Below, piece after piece: positions 36,501 to 47,738 of a stretch of DNA of 58,119 bases. Under the pieces are notes generated by a model, which saw nothing but the letters and a program-made list of their open reading frames with translations, was not told the origin of the DNA and ran no database searches. The stretch spans positions 1-58,119 of the forward strand of contig JAVECO010000153.1 in assembly GCA_051942205.1 (NCBI GenBank), given 5' to 3'. The translations under genes were made by a program, and so were the position numbers. The stretch's first letter is position 1. Every line of letters starts with the position of its first letter. Source of the DNA: Coniocarpon cinnabarinum (lineage: Eukaryota).

Positions 36501-38436
36501 TGACATCATCGGTTTTGAAGTTGTATTTGGTCTCAAAATGTTCTTCGGGTTGAAGGAAGCTGAGCAATGCGACGAGCTCGCTGAAGTCGTTCTGGAAAGG
36601 GGTACCGGTGATCAGGAGTCGTGAAGCAATGTCGCATTGTTGGAGGTCGAGATAGAGGTGGTTATTCATGCTTTTGAGACGATGCGCTTCATCGACCGCG
36701 AGAAATTGCCACTTGAGGCGCTTCAAGGTCGGCATGCCTTTGTGGAACATCTCGTAAGTCGTCAGGAGCACATTGAAGCGTAGTCGAAATGGATTCGACG
36801 GATCAACGAAGAGCTCCTTCTCCTCGATTATCCCACGTGATTCATTCGTGCCAGTGTAGGTGACCCAGTTCACGTCGGGAGCCCACAGTGTCAGTGTGTC
36901 TTCCCATGCAGGCAAAACGCTCTTCGGCGCGATGACGAGAAAAGGTCCAGGAATGTCACATTCATTCTTCAGCCAACTCATGAACGCCACCGTCTGAACC
37001 GTCTTGCCAAGACCCATCTCGTCCGCGAGCATGGTGTTGATGCCGCGTGACCAAGCAATGGCCATACGTGAGAGACCGGTAAGCTGGAAATCACGCATGG
37101 TGCCGTGCTTGACATAGCTTGGCTGACTCTTGAAGTACTCTTTCGTTTGGTAGCGGTAATGGGCTTTGGTCGACTTAGAGATGATATCAGGGCGGGCTTG
37201 TCGTTCTTTGAACCATTCGAGCTGACGTGGGGCAAGGTCTGCAACCAAGTCCATATTCTCCCATGTACACTCGTTATAGTCGGTTTCACTCCACTTGACA
37301 AAGTATTGCAAGATAGTACCATCCTCGGTATCTAGGTGGCGCTCGTCAATCACACGCTGGATGGTGTTGTTGATGTCCAGCTTTTGTTGATGGGCCTTTT
37401 GCTCAAGCTTGAGCACCTCTTTGTCCTCGGGGGAGGCATCAGGGTCGTGAAGAAGGTAATATGGATTCCGAACATTCTTGTCAAAATAATTGTTCAGTTT
37501 CTTTCCTCCAGTACGATCCTTGAGGTCGACGTGCTTTTCCCATGAGGCGTGATATCGTGCTTGACCTTGCCATTTGATACAATACTCAAACTTTGCGAGA
37601 GTAGGTTCAGAGTCATCACCTTCCGTCACACGGCGGTGAAGCAGAACGAGATCGATCGCGGGACGATCGTCATAGTAGTATCCGGGATGGTCATCACCTG
37701 CATCAGATTCAAGAAACTCCTCTGACAATCCGTCGTCATCCACATAGTTGGTCACTTTTGAGGCGGCATTTCGCGTCGAGGATCGTTCAGCGGGGGCCAA
37801 GGGTGTGCCGTTGCGAACACGGTTTTGCTTTCGGCGTTTGGCTTTGTCTTTCTTGGATCCAAACTCATCTTCCAAGTCCGACTCGTCGGAAAGAGATGAC
37901 TGAGGAGCTGGTGTTGACTTCTTAGACCGACGACCTTGCTTAGCTTTGCGACGAGCGCCGGCGGGGCGTGTGTCGATGTCGTCTGAGTCTTCGGATGAGT
38001 CGCTAGTCTTTGACCGCTTTGGTGCTGCTCGGGGTCGATTGCTGCGACGAAGGCCATACAGTTCAGGATTTTGTTGGATGTCATCTTCGATGTCCCCTTC
38101 CCGCTTTCTCTTCCGTGACTCGGAGTCGTCTGAGGACGTGCCCAGAGGTTCTGAGGGAGGCTGTTGGGTCGGGGTCGGAACCAGGGGAGCGTCTTCATCT
38201 GGGGATCCCTCTGCATCTTGATCAAGATCAGAGTTGTAGTCCTGATCATTCATGTCATGGACACTGGTTGAAGACGACGGCTCTTCAAGTTCGGATGAGG
38301 TAGGGCGGGAATGTGTCTGAGGGGACGGCGGAAGGTCTGCATTTTGTTGAGGCTGCTCAACATGATTTGTGGGAGCTGTGTCGTGCTCGACGATGTTATG
38401 CGGAGTGGCTGATATGGTTTCGGAGACAGAGCTCAT
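33577..38436 (-). CDS. CHD1: Chromodomain helicase DNA-binding chromatin remodeller (Chd1/Hrp3 orthologue)
   Basis: 1619-aa ORF with tandem chromodomains (YCIKWQG, YFVKWSE..Y.ECTWE), SNF2 motifs LADEMGLGKT, VDEAH, LLSTRAGGLGINL and QAMARAHRIGQ, and a SLIDE-like WGPREDAMLAVGV. Small upstream exons are possible. Confidence 0.95.
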   Translation of the reverse strand: MSSVSETISATPHNIVEHDTAPTNHVEQPQQNADLPPSPQTHSRPTSSELEEPSSSTSVHDMNDQDYNSDLDQDAEGSPDEDAPLVPTPTQQPPSEPLGTSSDDSESRKRKREGDIEDDIQQNPELYGLRRSNRPRAAPKRSKTSDSSEDSDDIDTRPAGARRKAKQGRRSKKSTPAPQSSLSDESDLEDEFGSKKDKAKRRKQNRVRNGTPLAPAERSSTRNAASKVTNYVDDDGLSEEFLESDAGDDHPGYYYDDRPAIDLVLLHRRVTEGDDSEPTLAKFEYCIKWQGQARYHASWEKHVDLKDRTGGKKLNNYFDKNVRNPYYLLHDPDASPEDKEVLKLEQKAHQQKLDINNTIQRVIDERHLDTEDGTILQYFVKWSETDYNECTWENMDLVADLAPRQLEWFKERQARPDIISKSTKAHYRYQTKEYFKSQPSYVKHGTMRDFQLTGLSRMAIAWSRGINTMLADEMGLGKTVQTVAFMSWLKNECDIPGPFLVIAPKSVLPAWEDTLTLWAPDVNWVTYTGTNESRGIIEEKELFVDPSNPFRLRFNVLLTTYEMFHKGMPTLKRLKWQFLAVDEAHRLKSMNNHLYLDLQQCDIASRLLITGTPFQNDFSELVALLSFLQPEEHFETKYNFKTDDVNLQARQIEGLRQELRRHLVRRTKEEVAGDLPPKTEKIIRVELSDLQLQYYKNLLTRNYEALSQASNGAKIGLSNLMIELKKASIHPYLFPNVEEVYLNQHTAREDVLRGLIVNSGKMMLLDQLMTKLKKDGHRVLIFSGFVSMLNLIGQYLQLRDHKYQRLDGSTPTPARNHAMSHFNAPDSEDFAFLLSTRAGGLGINLYTADTVILFDSDWNPQADLQAMARAHRIGQTKPVTIYRFVSRDTIEEEILERARNKLLLEYITIQRGFNQKETNEFKKKMQSEGRSMEEAKGAEDISRILQKRGKKMFEQASNQKKLEDLDIDAVLEHAEETKTQQMEGVGAMNDDEFLNQFAYEDITMDKDDWDSIIPKSDRDRLADEDRKRKDAELARKMNEEGAPRSAKSKSFAATGKRDRSVKKRPGELVEAPVSDGESNDDDSKSDSDVDPDEELTDREFRRLMDTFKAIGYFEDRPEDFLKLSRLQKKNPDLVKASLQEVIDIAQSNIDNKSKELQSRADSNDKSMAKKNQKAVLFEHKGVRRINSATILRRPYMLRTLKQFVDKIADIPRFTIPQAIKDSQFDTEWGPREDAMLAVGVARYGHGQWRKIMADPELGMQGKFFLDEAHVAEKSKRDTEGTKSRTPAGPHLVRRADYLLDVVVDIATDGADKEAHEAVINHHRNNKRDIDGDPETLKRQKRRERDSKLKARKEQEKYQEPGRASGSPSHDRHRDRTHVNGHDSSTARTSGASSPRPRADSKAFKHRLSNGDRPRSPLVTHGDGTGDRPDHVKHHARPQSSQGTKRKSDHMDASEHDLGRPNKARVSEGVNHPVYNREHSGHKSRSPEHTKNGVNSAGPSKESSGSLDFLMQPITEKFPALKTEYLKFRHSADPVEKLQASGPMQKWIELVITFIDDRHQTYGGSFETRCWDHVGKFYWFGLGVDGSKLLEMSKKVRSTLAARAREQAQKSNEPSARGVS

Positions 38437-39397
38437 TATGGCTAATCCGGCTAGAGAGACGAAGAAGTTAGCAAGTGTTGTACGACAAGATCAGTGAGTC
38501 CGCAGAGAGAAAATGTGCGGTCCTGGATCCCCAGAGTTACGCGACCGCAACGCAATGCTTTCTGCGCATGCGAACGGGCATTGGAGAGGTTGGCATGACA
38601 GTTTAGAGATGGATTGTGATGGCTTTTGATGGGAGCCATCGGCAAAGTGGTGAGGGGATAGACGGCGCTCAGACACTGTCAGAGCACCACCATCATCACC
38701 AGCAACACTGGTTGCATCGAACCAACGTCTCTGCATCATGTCTGAACCATGTGGGTCCCTTGTCGACATGGTTGATAACTTGAATGAAAGGCAGTTGGAG
38801 AAGCCGCGATGTGAGCAGCGGTGGAGAGCGGTGTGGAGGGGCAGGTCGGCAAGGGGAACGGTGGAACTTACAAGCCATGGCTAGCCGGACAGCAAGAGAA
38901 TGTGCTCAGTAGGCGAAGCCAGAATTGGAGTGAACGTTAGTTGTGGGAAAGTGAAGTTGTGAATATGGGTGTGGATTGACAGCAGAGAGGTCTGTGGAGT
39001 GAAGCGCTCCAGAAGATCTTCCGCGAGAAGCGCTAGTGGGATGGCTTACCTATTAAGGCAGTAGAAGATGGCCCATCCTGTAGGGCTCTAGCGTGCCGCC
39101 TCGAAAATGTACGTGTCAACTACCAGCCAATCAGATGCCTCCATTTTCTGATGACTGGAGACGCACTCATGCGAATTTCCAAAAGTGCAGTGAATTAAGT
39201 ACCGGAAGCCGCTGTGCATCTCGTCTAGACAGCGAAAGTCACATCGACCGACGGCGAGCCAGTGTTCATTCTATCTCAGTGATTGTTGCATTTTTGAGCG
39301 CCGCAACACGCGGCTGCTTACAAGGTTGCGATTCTTTTTTTTTCTCTTTCACACCACACCTTCACATTCAGCTTTCGCGAGTACGACGCTCACAACC

Positions 39398-41451
39398 ATG
39401 GCCGACAAGTTGACGCGGTAATTACTCATCAACCTGTATACCTGCGCAAGCAAAGCTGACCATCCTCCAGTATTGCGATTGTCAATAGCGACAAAGTAAT
39501 TGCCCCACTAAACCCCACCTTGCGAAAGGACTTTGCTGATATGATGACTGTGGCTTACAGTGTAAACCAAAGGTGAGGCGAACAGATATGATGATAGCTC
39601 TAGCGCATACTGACCGTACCAGAAATGTCGGCAAGAATGTAAAAAGTCGTGTCCAGTGGTGCGCACCGGCAAACTTTGTATCGAGGTCTCACCAGAGTCC
39701 CGGATCGCCTTCATTTCCGAGCGACTATGTATCGGATGCGGCATATGTCCTAAGAAATGTCCATTCAGTGCTATCAACATCATCAACCTTCCAACCAATT
39801 TGGAGACTCAAGTGACCCAACGATACTCTGCCAACAGTTTCAAACTGCACAGACTGCCCACGCCGCGACCGGGTCAAGTCCTGGGACTCGTAGGAACCAA
39901 CGGCATTGGCAAGAGCACAGCGCTGAAGATATTGGGGGGGAAGCTTAAGCCCAACCTGGGACGCTATGAGAACCCACCAGACTGGGAGGAAATATTGAAG
40001 CACTACCGTGGCTCAGAGCTACAAAGTATGACTCCTGTCTGAGAATCCCGCGATCTTGCGCTAATCGAGGAGCTGTAGATTACTTTACGAAGTTGTTGGA
40101 GGATAACTTAAAGACGGTGACCAAGCCACAGTATGTTGATCAGATCCCCAAAGCGGTCAAGGGCACCCAGCGCTCGGTCGACACGCTCCTCCGCAGCAAA
40201 GCTACAAATGACAACTTTGATGAAATCGTGGACGCTATGGAACTACGACATGTCCTCGATCGTGATATTGACAACCTTTCTGGTGGTGAACTCCAGCGCT
40301 TTGCAATTGCTCGAGTCTGTGTCGAGAAAGCTGATGTCTACATGTTTGACGAACCCTCCTCGTACTTGGATGTGAAGCAGCGTCTCAATGCCGCTCGAGC
40401 TATTCGCGGTCTTGTCAGAACTGACAACTACGTCATCGTTGTCGAGCACGACTTGTCGGTTCTGGATTACCTCTCTGACTTTATTTGCCTACTCTATGGT
40501 CGCCCTGCCGTGTACGGTGTCGTGACCATGCCCCAGTCGGTTCGCGAAGGTATCAACATCTTCCTCGATGGCAACATCCCAACCGAAAATCTGCGATTCC
40601 GCGACGAGTCCCTGCAATTTCGCATCGGAGACACTGCCGACGATTTTATGGTTGACAAGTCTCGCGGCTTCCAGTACCCACGAATGATCAAGAAGTTGGG
40701 TGACTTCCAGCTTGGCATTCAAGCTGGCGAGTTTACCGATTCGGAGATCTTGGTGATGATGGGTGAGAACGGTACCGGCAAGACCACATTCTGCCGCTTG
40801 CTTGCTGGCGCCGAGAAGCCGGATGGAAAGGAGAAGGTGCCCGAGATGAACATCTCCATGAAACCACAAAAGATCACGCCCAAATTCCAGGGCACAGTCC
40901 GTCAACTGTTCTTTAAGCGTATCAAGGCTGCGTTCTTGAGTCCACAGTTCCAGACCGATGTCTACAAGCCCCTGCAACTTGATGACTTCATCGACCAAGA
41001 GGTCCAGAACTTGTCGGGTGGCGAGTTGCAGCGAGTTGCCATTGTCCTTGCTCTTGGCCTGCCTGCTGACATCTACGTCATCGACGAGCCATCTGCCTAC
41101 CTGGACTCTGAACAGCGCATTGTCGCAGCGCGCGTGATCAAGCGCTTCATCATGCACTCCAAGAAGACCGCCTTTGTTGTCGAGCACGATTTCATCATGG
41201 CGACTTACCTCGCCGACCGCGTCATCGTCTTTGATGGCGACCCGGGTATCAAAGCGCGTGCAAACAAGCCAGAGAGTCTACTCACTGGCTGCAACCGCTT
41301 CCTGGAGAACCTGGAAGTCACATTCCGTCGCGACCCGAACACGTACAGACCGCGCATCAACAAGAACGACAGTCAGCTCGACAAAGAGCAAAAATCCGCC
41401 GGCAACTATTTCTTCCTGGAAGAAGGAGGTGGCGGGGCGAAGAGCTCCTGA
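39398..41451 (+). CDS. RLI1: ABCE1/Rli1 Fe-S ABC ATPase (ribosome recycling factor), five exons including a 12-nt microexon at 39561-39572
   Basis: Spliced N-terminus [32 protein letters not shown], then [29 protein letters not shown] twice and GENGTGKTT. Confidence 0.97.
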
Positions 41452-42996
41452 AATTAGCTAAAGTTGGACATGAGAAACGCCGGAATGGCAAGAATAACGA
41501 CAGGAAACGACACCGCCGCACGCCGCCTCATCACCCCCGCAAACGCCTCAGTGTGGACGTCGAGCCTGCTGTTGGTCCCTCGAGGCGCCACGGGAATGGA
41601 CGAGTGAGCGGAGATGGTGGTGATGGTCTCGCTGATAAAGAAGCCGAGACATCTGAGGACGACGACGAAGAAGGCATCTTTGAATGAGCGCCCCGTGCCT
41701 AATCCGGGGCTGTAATCGACACCATGATGTGTGGCGAGCATGAGCTACCTACTCGGGAATATGCTTACACGTTGCGGACTACGTGCAGAAGGCGTTTGGC
41801 GGTGGCACAAGCCAGACATCTGCAACTCCATGTCGATGTCAAGAGTCGAGGATAGGAGTGCCAGAGCTAAAGCGAAGAGCTCTGAAGAAGTGGTCATGAC
41901 GGGAGTCATGAATGTTGAGAGGTTGAATGTGGGAGCTACGCTCCGTGCCACTCATTGAACCTAGCTTTACGAAGAAATTGTTGACGCTTTGCTTTTGGAT
42001 CATCAGTGCCATTATTTGAATGACCTTTATAAATGGCGACGTGAATGTGACTCGTGCAAGCGTGATTTGCGGTCGCCTAGTTTGCGAGCAGTGAGTGCGC
42101 GGTAGTATGTGCATCAAGGAGGTGTAAGAGACTGCGGGTCACGTGTTTAGAAGTTGGCATTAAGGAATATTCGGGAGCTAGTCGCTAGCGTCTCCATCGT
42201 GTTTCAGGTTATTTCGAGTGCCAACTAAAGCTTAGTGTTTCTCTAAATCAAACGTCGGACACTCGGGAGTCAGCATTGATGCAAAGCGCTCGACGCCCTC
42301 AGACACATGCAGCATGATGGAGTATTTCATGACCTAGCCCTGTGGACCACCGCAGCAACTAGTGACGTGATGCTTTCTCCACATGAGACGATGACTTCTC
42401 GGTCGCGTCCTGCCAAAAGAGCGACTAGCCGAGATCAGAATATCTGATAGTGTATCGAGCATTAGGGCGGTAATGCAGACATCAGATCGATGTAGACACA
42501 AGCACAGCGAGTATCCCGAAGACATACAGCTCGCTCCAGCTCCGGGCTTGATGAGAACAATTAAGCGTTACTTCCTGCAGCACCACTATCGCTATCATTC
42601 ACATCGGCAAGTGTCGCGGACGACGTCCGATGCTTGATTCCAGTCTAGGCTGCGAACCCGTACGGCTCGATCAAGTCGACTGACACAGCTACCCGCACAC
42701 TGGCGAAAGCTCTGCGTGCCTAACGGAATGCTGAATTATGATGCGGCAAGTACTGTCGCAGATAGATCATACGGTAATGTCTGTATGATTTAGTACATTT
42801 CACGGATCCTATCGGCAGCATAATGCGATAGCTCCATATCATATCACCTGTGCTGCTGGTTACTTCGACACGCGTTTCGATTGTACCAGGCAGGATCATG
42901 AATGATAGAAGCAAGTGACTCAAGACATTCTACAGAAGCGTCGATCAACAGACAATTAGCTTTACTAGCTAGTTGCCAAGAGTTTGCTTTGAGCCT

Positions 42997-45556
42997 TCAT
43001 CTGGCCCAGTATACGGTCAACGCGTCGTAATCGCTCTCATGTAGCTCTTCAGCTTGACGTGTCGTCCGAACAGATCCTCCGTCTCATCTGCGCAGCAAGC
43101 TCTAACGCCGCACGAGCAGCAATCGCATTACCTTTCTTGAGTAGCAGCTGGCCTCTCTAGAATTGACATCGAGCTAAAAAGGGTTGCCAGTTTGTACCCT
43201 ACCTAAAGATATTGACAGCGTGGTCGACTTTTTAGCTAACAGAAATGCATCAGCATCACAAAGTCTGCCGGACGGATTCAAGCAATTACCTCGCTTCCTC
43301 GTACACCTCTATTCCCTTGTAGAGCAACGCAAGCTTATAGTAAGTAGGAGCAGCAGAAGGGTGATCTCCGCCGATGGTTCTTTAGAAATGCGACTTGGCG
43401 CAACAGAAGCAAGAGGGGCGCTCTGCTGGTCTGTTCTAGGCCTGCCTTGCCATGCCAAGCCGGTAAAGAGCATGACCAGTACTGTAAATATTAGCGAGAG
43501 TGCCAGACTTGCAAAGAGAAGGGTCTTTCAACCGAGGTGCTTTACCGTCGAGCGGGCTGAGTAGTCGTTCTCGGTCGTGCAGCACTTGTTCGAAGAGCCG
43601 AGCAGCAGCATTATAGTATCCTCGCAGGATTGGAATGCATGCGAGGCCAATGAGAGTGTTGGAATCAGCTGTAGGGACAAAGCCGGGAAGGTCCTCTCTT
43701 ATCTGCTTTGATACTATGACAAGCCTTTCGGCGGCGTCGATGAAGTTCATGTCCAAAGACGCCTTGGCGAGCTCACTGCAGGGGACCGCCACGTCATGAG
43801 TCCTGATACACTCAGTTTCAAACGCCAGCTCTTCACGGATCGTGAATTGAGCCTTAGCGTGTCGATAGCATCTTTCGAGATCGTTTGTGCGGCTAGAAAT
43901 GTTCTGCAAGACATTATGTGTGTCGGCCAGACATGTTCGCACGTCTTCAGTATCTTCAGTAGCTCCTTCGCATAGCCAGAATGCAGTGCTAACGAGACAG
44001 AGACGTTCGACAGTTCTCATGGTTTTGTAATGGTACCTGTCAAGCGCTGCCTAGTCTGAGTGTCCCGAGGCAGCACCATGCATCACTCACCAAGTGACTT
44101 CGTTGATCGGGACAATAAGTTCTTCGGTCGCACAAGCTTTGCGATCGGCACTTGTAAGGTCTTTCCAAACTTCGTAGAATCGATAGACATGGGAATAAAG
44201 AGTTTAGCATTGAGGCCAACGCTCAGTCAGCCGGTAATTGGGCGGGCCATCATTGTCATTTCGAGTGTAAGGCCATACCGTCGAGATGAGACGGACTGCT
44301 GCGTCTAATGCGGCTGTGATCAAGCCTTGGTGTCTACCCATCTCAGCTCAAATAACTTGTTTCGTTGATCAGTGAATTACAAGTGTACCGTCTGCCCCCG
44401 CGACCAACAGTGATGCCTGCTTCAACCACATTGAAGCTGTTTCAACGTCCATGCCACCTTTGGGATATCCAGGAAGCTGATCATCCACTGGCTTCTTACT
44501 TTAGATATCTTCCCGTACGTTGTCTGAATCTAGCAGCGCTAGGACGAATAAGACCTTCTTTGACCCCCCCTCATATCTATGTAACGACCAAAGAGGGGCC
44601 AGAATGTCTAAATGTCCATCGCTATGGAGTGGATACGGTTGATGCAGCTTGCGGCTCTCCATTTCCTCATTATACTGCCTCAAAAACTCGTCCGGCGGCC
44701 ACCCTTGCAGCTGACACAGTCCTGCCATGTACACAATCGCTAGTGGCAGACAATGCATTTTAGCAGCGACGATCTCATGTGAGCGTGAGTTGTGCTGATA
44801 GGGCAGTCTTTGAAACATCTTCCCAGTGAGGTTCGCCGCTTCGTCGAAGGAGAGAACCTCTAGGTCGGTTCCACAAGCGCCAACATAGCGATGCATCAGC
44901 TCAAGTTCGTTTTGACTGGTGATCAATATTGAGCCATGTCCCTCTCGAGGCCAGGACTCAGTCAAAAGTACAAGATCGTCAGCATTGTCAGAAACGAGTA
45001 GCCACTTAGCCGGACGAACGCTTGATACAGGATCAGCACATCTTAGATTACTCAGCCAAGATGTTACTAGCTCTTTGCTTATTGTAGAATCAGCGGCCCC
45101 ACTCTTATCTTGGAGTCCCAGATCAACGGCTATCCGCAAGAAATCACGGTTGAGTGTGTCCCTCTCGCCGGCGTGAAGCCAGAAGATGATGTCATATTCC
45201 TCTTAATGACAAGCCGCATACTGTCGCGCTACTTGCGTCTTTCCGATGCCGGCAGGTCTATAGATAGCGAATGCCTAGATAGTTTGGGCAGAGTCAGGTT
45301 GTGTGAGCAAATCTTGTTTAGACAGAACTTCGTGAGTCCTGGCTGAGACCTGGCCGCGGCCCGTGAAGTCTGCGTTGGAGAAGATTTCGACAATGGGATG
45401 ACGGATGAGCCGTCGCATATCAACAATTTGTGACGTGAGAAAGTTCCGTGGTCCATCAGAAACCAGCTCAAAGTCCGGCTCAGAGACCGCATACGATGAA
45501 GGAGAGGAAAGTCGCAACGTTGTGGGCTGAGGACTGTTTGAGCGCATTCTGCCCAT
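42997..45556 (-). pseudogene. NB-ARC + TPR NLR-like pseudogene
   Basis: FTGR, AIYRPAGIGKTQVARQYA (degenerate P-loop), IFWLHA, WLLVSDNADD, GSILITSQ, LPLAI, TPR-like segments and C-terminal DYDALTVYWAR*. In-frame stops at ~45275, ~45202, ~44501 and ~43436. Confidence 0.85.
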
Positions 45557-47381
45557 CTCTAAAACTTAGTCAGCGCTAGACAATGTCAGAGAGCTGTGTG
45601 CGTTCGCAAAATGCGATCGCACCGATGGTGTTCAGTGAAAATTTATGGGATGGTTACAATTGGCTGATAACCTCCAGGGGTGAAAGATGGGTATGAGCTT
45701 TCCTGGTATTGATTGGAAACCGAAATGGGTGGCCGTCACAGACTCTGATGTGAGTTTTAGGGGCGCCGCAGTTGCCTGAAGTGCTGGTGCAGCATGCAAA
45801 CGCAGGTTGCATTTGATGTCATCGTCCGATGAACGAGGGAAGCGCAGGAGCAAACGCAGTATTTATCTCGCGAACCTGTTTGCGAATCGATAGCAGACAT
45901 AGCGAATTATGCGAGAACACCGTACTTGTTGACGTCTGGAACTCCCTAACATCAGCTCCGGCCTCAGCCACGAAGTAATAATAGTTCCCAGTAAAAGTAA
46001 GCCCTTTAAGCCCTTTTGTCAGGCTTCGACAGAGCTAGCGAGGTCTTCATGTATTTGAGTCATTACTTATTTGCCTGTACGCATACTGCGTAGAGAACAC
46101 TACTATACCCTTCAATCCGTCGAAATGATAAAAGCGACAATGTTGACAGACTAGTGATACCGATTCTGTAGCACGGCGCAGATAGATTAGTCGGTGCACC
46201 ACCATTTTTTACCTGAAGTTTTAAGGGTTCTCTGCACATTCCAATGTTTCTGGGGGCTCCTCCGGTCCTTTCAAAAGCGGGACCTCGTTGCCACACATTA
46301 TTGGGTGGTGTTTTCAAAGTGCACGAGTAAGGATAGGCACTATTTGAGAAGTCATGAAGCCTCTACTTCAGCGGTGTAATAAGTAGTTCTAAAATGCGCC
46401 AGCTATGCAGCATGAAACATTAGCTGTGCACTTGCCTTCAGACCACATGGTTCACCCCGTAGTTCTTGTATGAAAAGTCTAAAGTGCCGCGTTGCGAGCC
46501 TAAGTAGAAACAGCAGAGACATTTGAAGCCAGAGTCATCTGTTGCTCATGAGGAAAGATAGGTGAGTGCTCCCTACTTGTTTCCTAAGAGAACAGAACTT
46601 GGTGCAAGACCAAGGTTGGGTTGGGTTGCGAAAGTCATGGCGGAAGGAGGTGCGATTCTTAAAGCGATATGCACACGGCTTGGGTTTCATCAGACTATTC
46701 GAGCAAAAGTGTAGCCAGTGTTCAATTCAGAAAATGGTTCTCAATTGGCGGATCTCCAGAAACCCGCAAATTTTAGGATAATTGTGCAATATTTACACTG
46801 TAGGATTTGCGCCATGATTTCTGATACCACACCTGGGACTCGGAGAGCAGCGCATACATACCTTCTTAATAAGGCATAAAATCAACACTACGAACCATTG
46901 GCAAATAAGGTGGCGGGGCGGGTAGGGTCGGAGAACATGTCATACGCTAGCATATTTAATGAGGATCAACAGAATAGCACAAAGGGCTATCGTTGTGGCG
47001 TAATACGTAATTTATCCATAGTGATTGTGTTTGGGGCATAGTTCTGTAGAGCTTTTCTGCGCGTTCTGATCAAATTCATGTGCTACTGATCAACTTGCCC
47101 GCATTCTCTGGATCATTCGTGGCAGAATACTATCTCGAAAAGGCTCACCGAAATAGTCGCACTGTTTCGGTGTACATCTCAATACGATATTAAACGTTCT
47201 GCACGGAAGACAAGAGGTAAACCCAAGACCGATCAACGAAGATCCTTTCAGATGGTCATCCACGTATTGAAGGAAATGTGGCCGATTTCGATTATATCAA
47301 GGAGTGTGTATCTAACCATAAGAGAAGCCTCCCCGAGGCTGCGCAGCCCACGAACATTGTGCCAACGAGAATTCAGTTGAT

Positions 47382-47738
47382 TCAGCCAACGCAAACCAAG
47401 CCACTACTCTCACTGACGCAAGCTACCGACAATCTTAGCCAGAGCCATCTGCGTACGCATGTCAAGAATCGACCTACTGCCTGAAATCACTTGAGAGTTG
47501 TCTGAGGGGCCGGCGTAGTATCTGCAACTATGGCCTGCCCGGTAGCTGCAGTTGTTGGGGCAGTTACAAGCCGCTCTACATCGATCAGCAGCCGCTCAGC
47601 TTAATGACGTTTGGAATCTTGGAGAATCCTTTACGAAGGGTTTGTGGCAATGAGGTCGCCGTCACCGGCGGGAGCGGCTCCAGCCGAGGAGGCGAAGATG
47701 ATAGCCATGGCCGAGAGGATAACGGATTTGAATTGCAT
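47382..47738 (-). CDS. Small secreted six-cysteine protein (80 aa), NFAP2-like antifungal protein family
   Basis: Exons 47738-47635, 47575-47478 and 47422-47382 give MQFKSVILSAMAIIFASSAGAAPAGDGDLIATNPSAACNCPNNCSYRAGHSCRYYAGPSDNSQVISGTCVSESSGLVCVG*. IAT.P..ACNCPNNC..C.Y..GPSD.S.VISG.C matches NFAP2 as I recall it. Confidence 0.88.

Noticed and set aside
33568..41461. Many ORFs overlapping CHD1 and RLI1 on other frames or strands
   Set aside because: Shadow ORFs expected from the codon bias of long GC-rich genes.
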